Assembly (NCBI GenBank): GCA_051658525.1
Contig: JBOFMT010000084.1
Span: forward strand, 1-64,000
Direction of reading: 5' to 3'
DNA: 64,000 nucleotides
Origin: Erysipelotrichaceae bacterium
Lineage (GTDB): Bacteria > Bacillota_I > Bacilli_A > Erysipelotrichales > Erysipelotrichaceae
This document shows, piece by piece, positions 62,545 through 64,000 of the stretch; position 1 is the stretch's first letter; every line of letters starts with the position of its first letter. The notes under the pieces were generated by a model. It was not told the origin of the DNA. It was given only the letters and a program-made list of their open reading frames with translations, and made no database searches. The translations under genes were made by a program, and so were the position numbers.

Positions 62545-62580
62545 AAAAAAAAGATTGATTTCTCAATCTTTTCGTTCTTC
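62545..62580 (-). terminator. Terminator after msrA
   Basis: Minus-strand hairpin AAGATTGAGAAATCAATCTT followed by T8. Confidence 0.7.
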
Positions 62581-63060
62581 TGGTTTTATTTTACTAAAAT
62601 CCACATGGCAATAGCCATTTGGATTTTTTACCAAATAGGTTTGATGATAAGTCTCGGCATCCCAAAACGCTTGTAACGCCTGTACTTCGACTACGATAGG
62701 TTTCGTATAATCTACTTGTCGTTTTGCGATATAGGCTTGAATAACTGTCTCATCTTCTGGCTGTTTGAAATATACACCCGTACGATATTGAGAACCGATA
62801 TCATTTCCTTGGCGGTTTATTGAGGTTGGATTGATAATCCGAAACAAATGATCCAATATTTTCTCTAGTGTTAGTGGTGCTTCATATTGAATCCACACAA
62901 CTTCCGCATGTCCAGTTTCATCCGTGCAAACCGCCTGATAATTTGGATGATCCAAATGTCCTTGTGCATATCCTACTTTGGTTTGAAGGGTTCCTTTTAA
63001 GCGTCGAAAATATTCCTCAACACCCCAAAAACATCCTCCTGCAACAACAATCTCTTTCAT
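62563..63060 (-). CDS. msrA: Peptide-methionine (S)-S-oxide reductase
   Basis: 165 aa. Active site VAGGCFWGVEEYF. Confidence 0.93.
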   Translation of the reverse strand: MKEIVVAGGCFWGVEEYFRRLKGTLQTKVGYAQGHLDHPNYQAVCTDETGHAEVVWIQYEAPLTLEKILDHLFRIINPTSINRQGNDIGSQYRTGVYFKQPEDETVIQAYIAKRQVDYTKPIVVEVQALQAFWDAETYHQTYLVKNPNGYCHVDFSKIKPEERKD

Positions 63061-63064
63061 AAAC

Positions 63065-63964
63065 TTATCCTTTCAGAACTTCATTCCCCGCTGCTAATAG
63101 ACTAGCAATGTTTTGAATTTCACTTGGAATAATAATTTTAGTCGCTTGACCATCAGCAACTTTCGCAAGTGCTTCTAGACCTTTTAATTGAATTACCTTT
63201 TCACTTGTTGTAGCTGAAGATAACATCGTTAAAGAATTTGCATAGGCTTGTTGAACGAGCATGATAGCTTCGGCTTCCCCTTGTGCTTCTTTAATTTTCT
63301 TTTCTTTGACTGCTTCTGCACGTAAAATGGCAGCTTCTTTTTCTCCTTCTGCTACAAGAATTTCGGAACGTTTACGTCCTTCTGCTTGTAGGATGGATTC
63401 ACGACGTTCACGCTCAGCTTTCATTTGACGTTCCATCGCATCTTGAATTTCACGAGGAGGTAAAATATTTTTCAACTCGACGCGATTCACTTTAATTCCC
63501 CATTTATCCGTTGCTTCATCTAGTATTGCGCGCATTTTCGTATTGATAATATCGCGAGAAGTTAATGTAGAGTCCAAATCCAACTCTCCGATAATATTAC
63601 GTAATGTTGTTGCCGTTAAATTCTCAACCGCCATCAAAGGATTGTTCACCCCGTACGTATATAACTTTGAATCCGTTACTTGGAAATATACAACCGTATC
63701 AATTTGCATGGTTACATTATCGCGAGTAATCACGGGTTGTGGTGGAAAATCTACTACTTGTTCTTTCAATGAAACACGTTTTGCAATGCGGTCAATAAAT
63801 GGAACTAGTACATGAAGTCCCGTTTCCCATGTCGCCGCATAGGCACCAAGACGTTCAATTACAAACGTTTGTGATTGATTGACAATACGGATATGGAATA
63901 CTGCAAAAATAACTACTAGCAATAACAACAAAAGTACAAAAATAAATTGTTCAAATGACATCAA
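63065..63964 (-). CDS. SPFH/Band-7 protein, stomatin/HflC-K-like (single N-terminal TM)
   Basis: 299 aa. TM anchor, then a classic stomatin-like SPFH core (ITRDNVTMQIDTVVYFQVTD..., WGIKVNRVELKNILPPREIQDAMERQMKAERERR). Confidence 0.85.
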   Translation of the reverse strand: MMSFEQFIFVLLLLLLVVIFAVFHIRIVNQSQTFVIERLGAYAATWETGLHVLVPFIDRIAKRVSLKEQVVDFPPQPVITRDNVTMQIDTVVYFQVTDSKLYTYGVNNPLMAVENLTATTLRNIIGELDLDSTLTSRDIINTKMRAILDEATDKWGIKVNRVELKNILPPREIQDAMERQMKAERERRESILQAEGRKRSEILVAEGEKEAAILRAEAVKEKKIKEAQGEAEAIMLVQQAYANSLTMLSSATTSEKVIQLKGLEALAKVADGQATKIIIPSEIQNIASLLAAGNEVLKG

Positions 63965-64000
63965 TGTGTCCCCCTTTAGTGTTTAACTATGAGCGTTGCA

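Noticed and set aside
63543-63815. 90-aa plus-strand ORF inside the stomatin-like gene
   Set aside because: It is antisense to a well-supported SPFH CDS and has no RBS. It is a spurious ORF.

Overview
The window is a 64 kb low-GC Bacillota (Firmicutes) chromosomal segment made up almost entirely of conserved housekeeping genes. Gene order is Bacillus-like in blocks, and about 53 of 58 CDS lie on the minus strand. Reading from high to low coordinates on the minus strand:

- 64.0–59.2 kb: SPFH/stomatin, msrA, tmk, holB, yaaT/ricT, rsmI.
- 59.1–52.6 kb: beta-CASP MBL nuclease, perR–rubrerythrin, purB, a small Zn-ribbon membrane protein, degV, purA.
- 52.5–39.4 kb: comFA–comFC, cspA-like, secA–prfB, yitT, ftsE–ftsX plus a coiled-coil M23 peptidase, ctpB-like, uvrB, an AI-2E transporter.
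- 38.2–26.6 kb: uvrA, hprK, an lgt::HAD-phosphatase fusion, trxB, an MFS transporter on the plus strand, rapZ–yvcK–whiA followed by a small TM protein and a GNAT-like gene.
- 26.5–17.0 kb: an accessory sugar island. This holds agaS plus a mannose-class PTS IIA, an SPFH plus Arc-RHH two-gene module (plus strand), an AraC regulator (plus strand), PTS IIB | IIC–IID–GH29 alpha-L-fucosidase, and an orphan TM protein.
- 16.8–0.4 kb: the translation/transcription core, namely gap, cysS–mrnC–rlmB, sigH-like, rpmG–secE–nusG, rplK–rplA, L10 leader, rplJ–rplL, ybxB-like methyltransferase, rpoB, rpoC.

No tRNA or rRNA gene, CRISPR array, transposase/integrase or prophage gene was seen. I found no clear-cut novel defence or mobile system. 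The candidates most worth follow-up are:

- the translationally coupled SPFH–Arc(RHH) pair inside the fucosidase/PTS island;
- the alf-like fucosidase–PTS locus split from its IIA/agaS partner;
- the Lgt–HAD fusion;
- the operator-like inverted repeats at the perR, gap and degV promoters.

All calls rest on reading the supplied translations against remembered family signatures. No database search was run.
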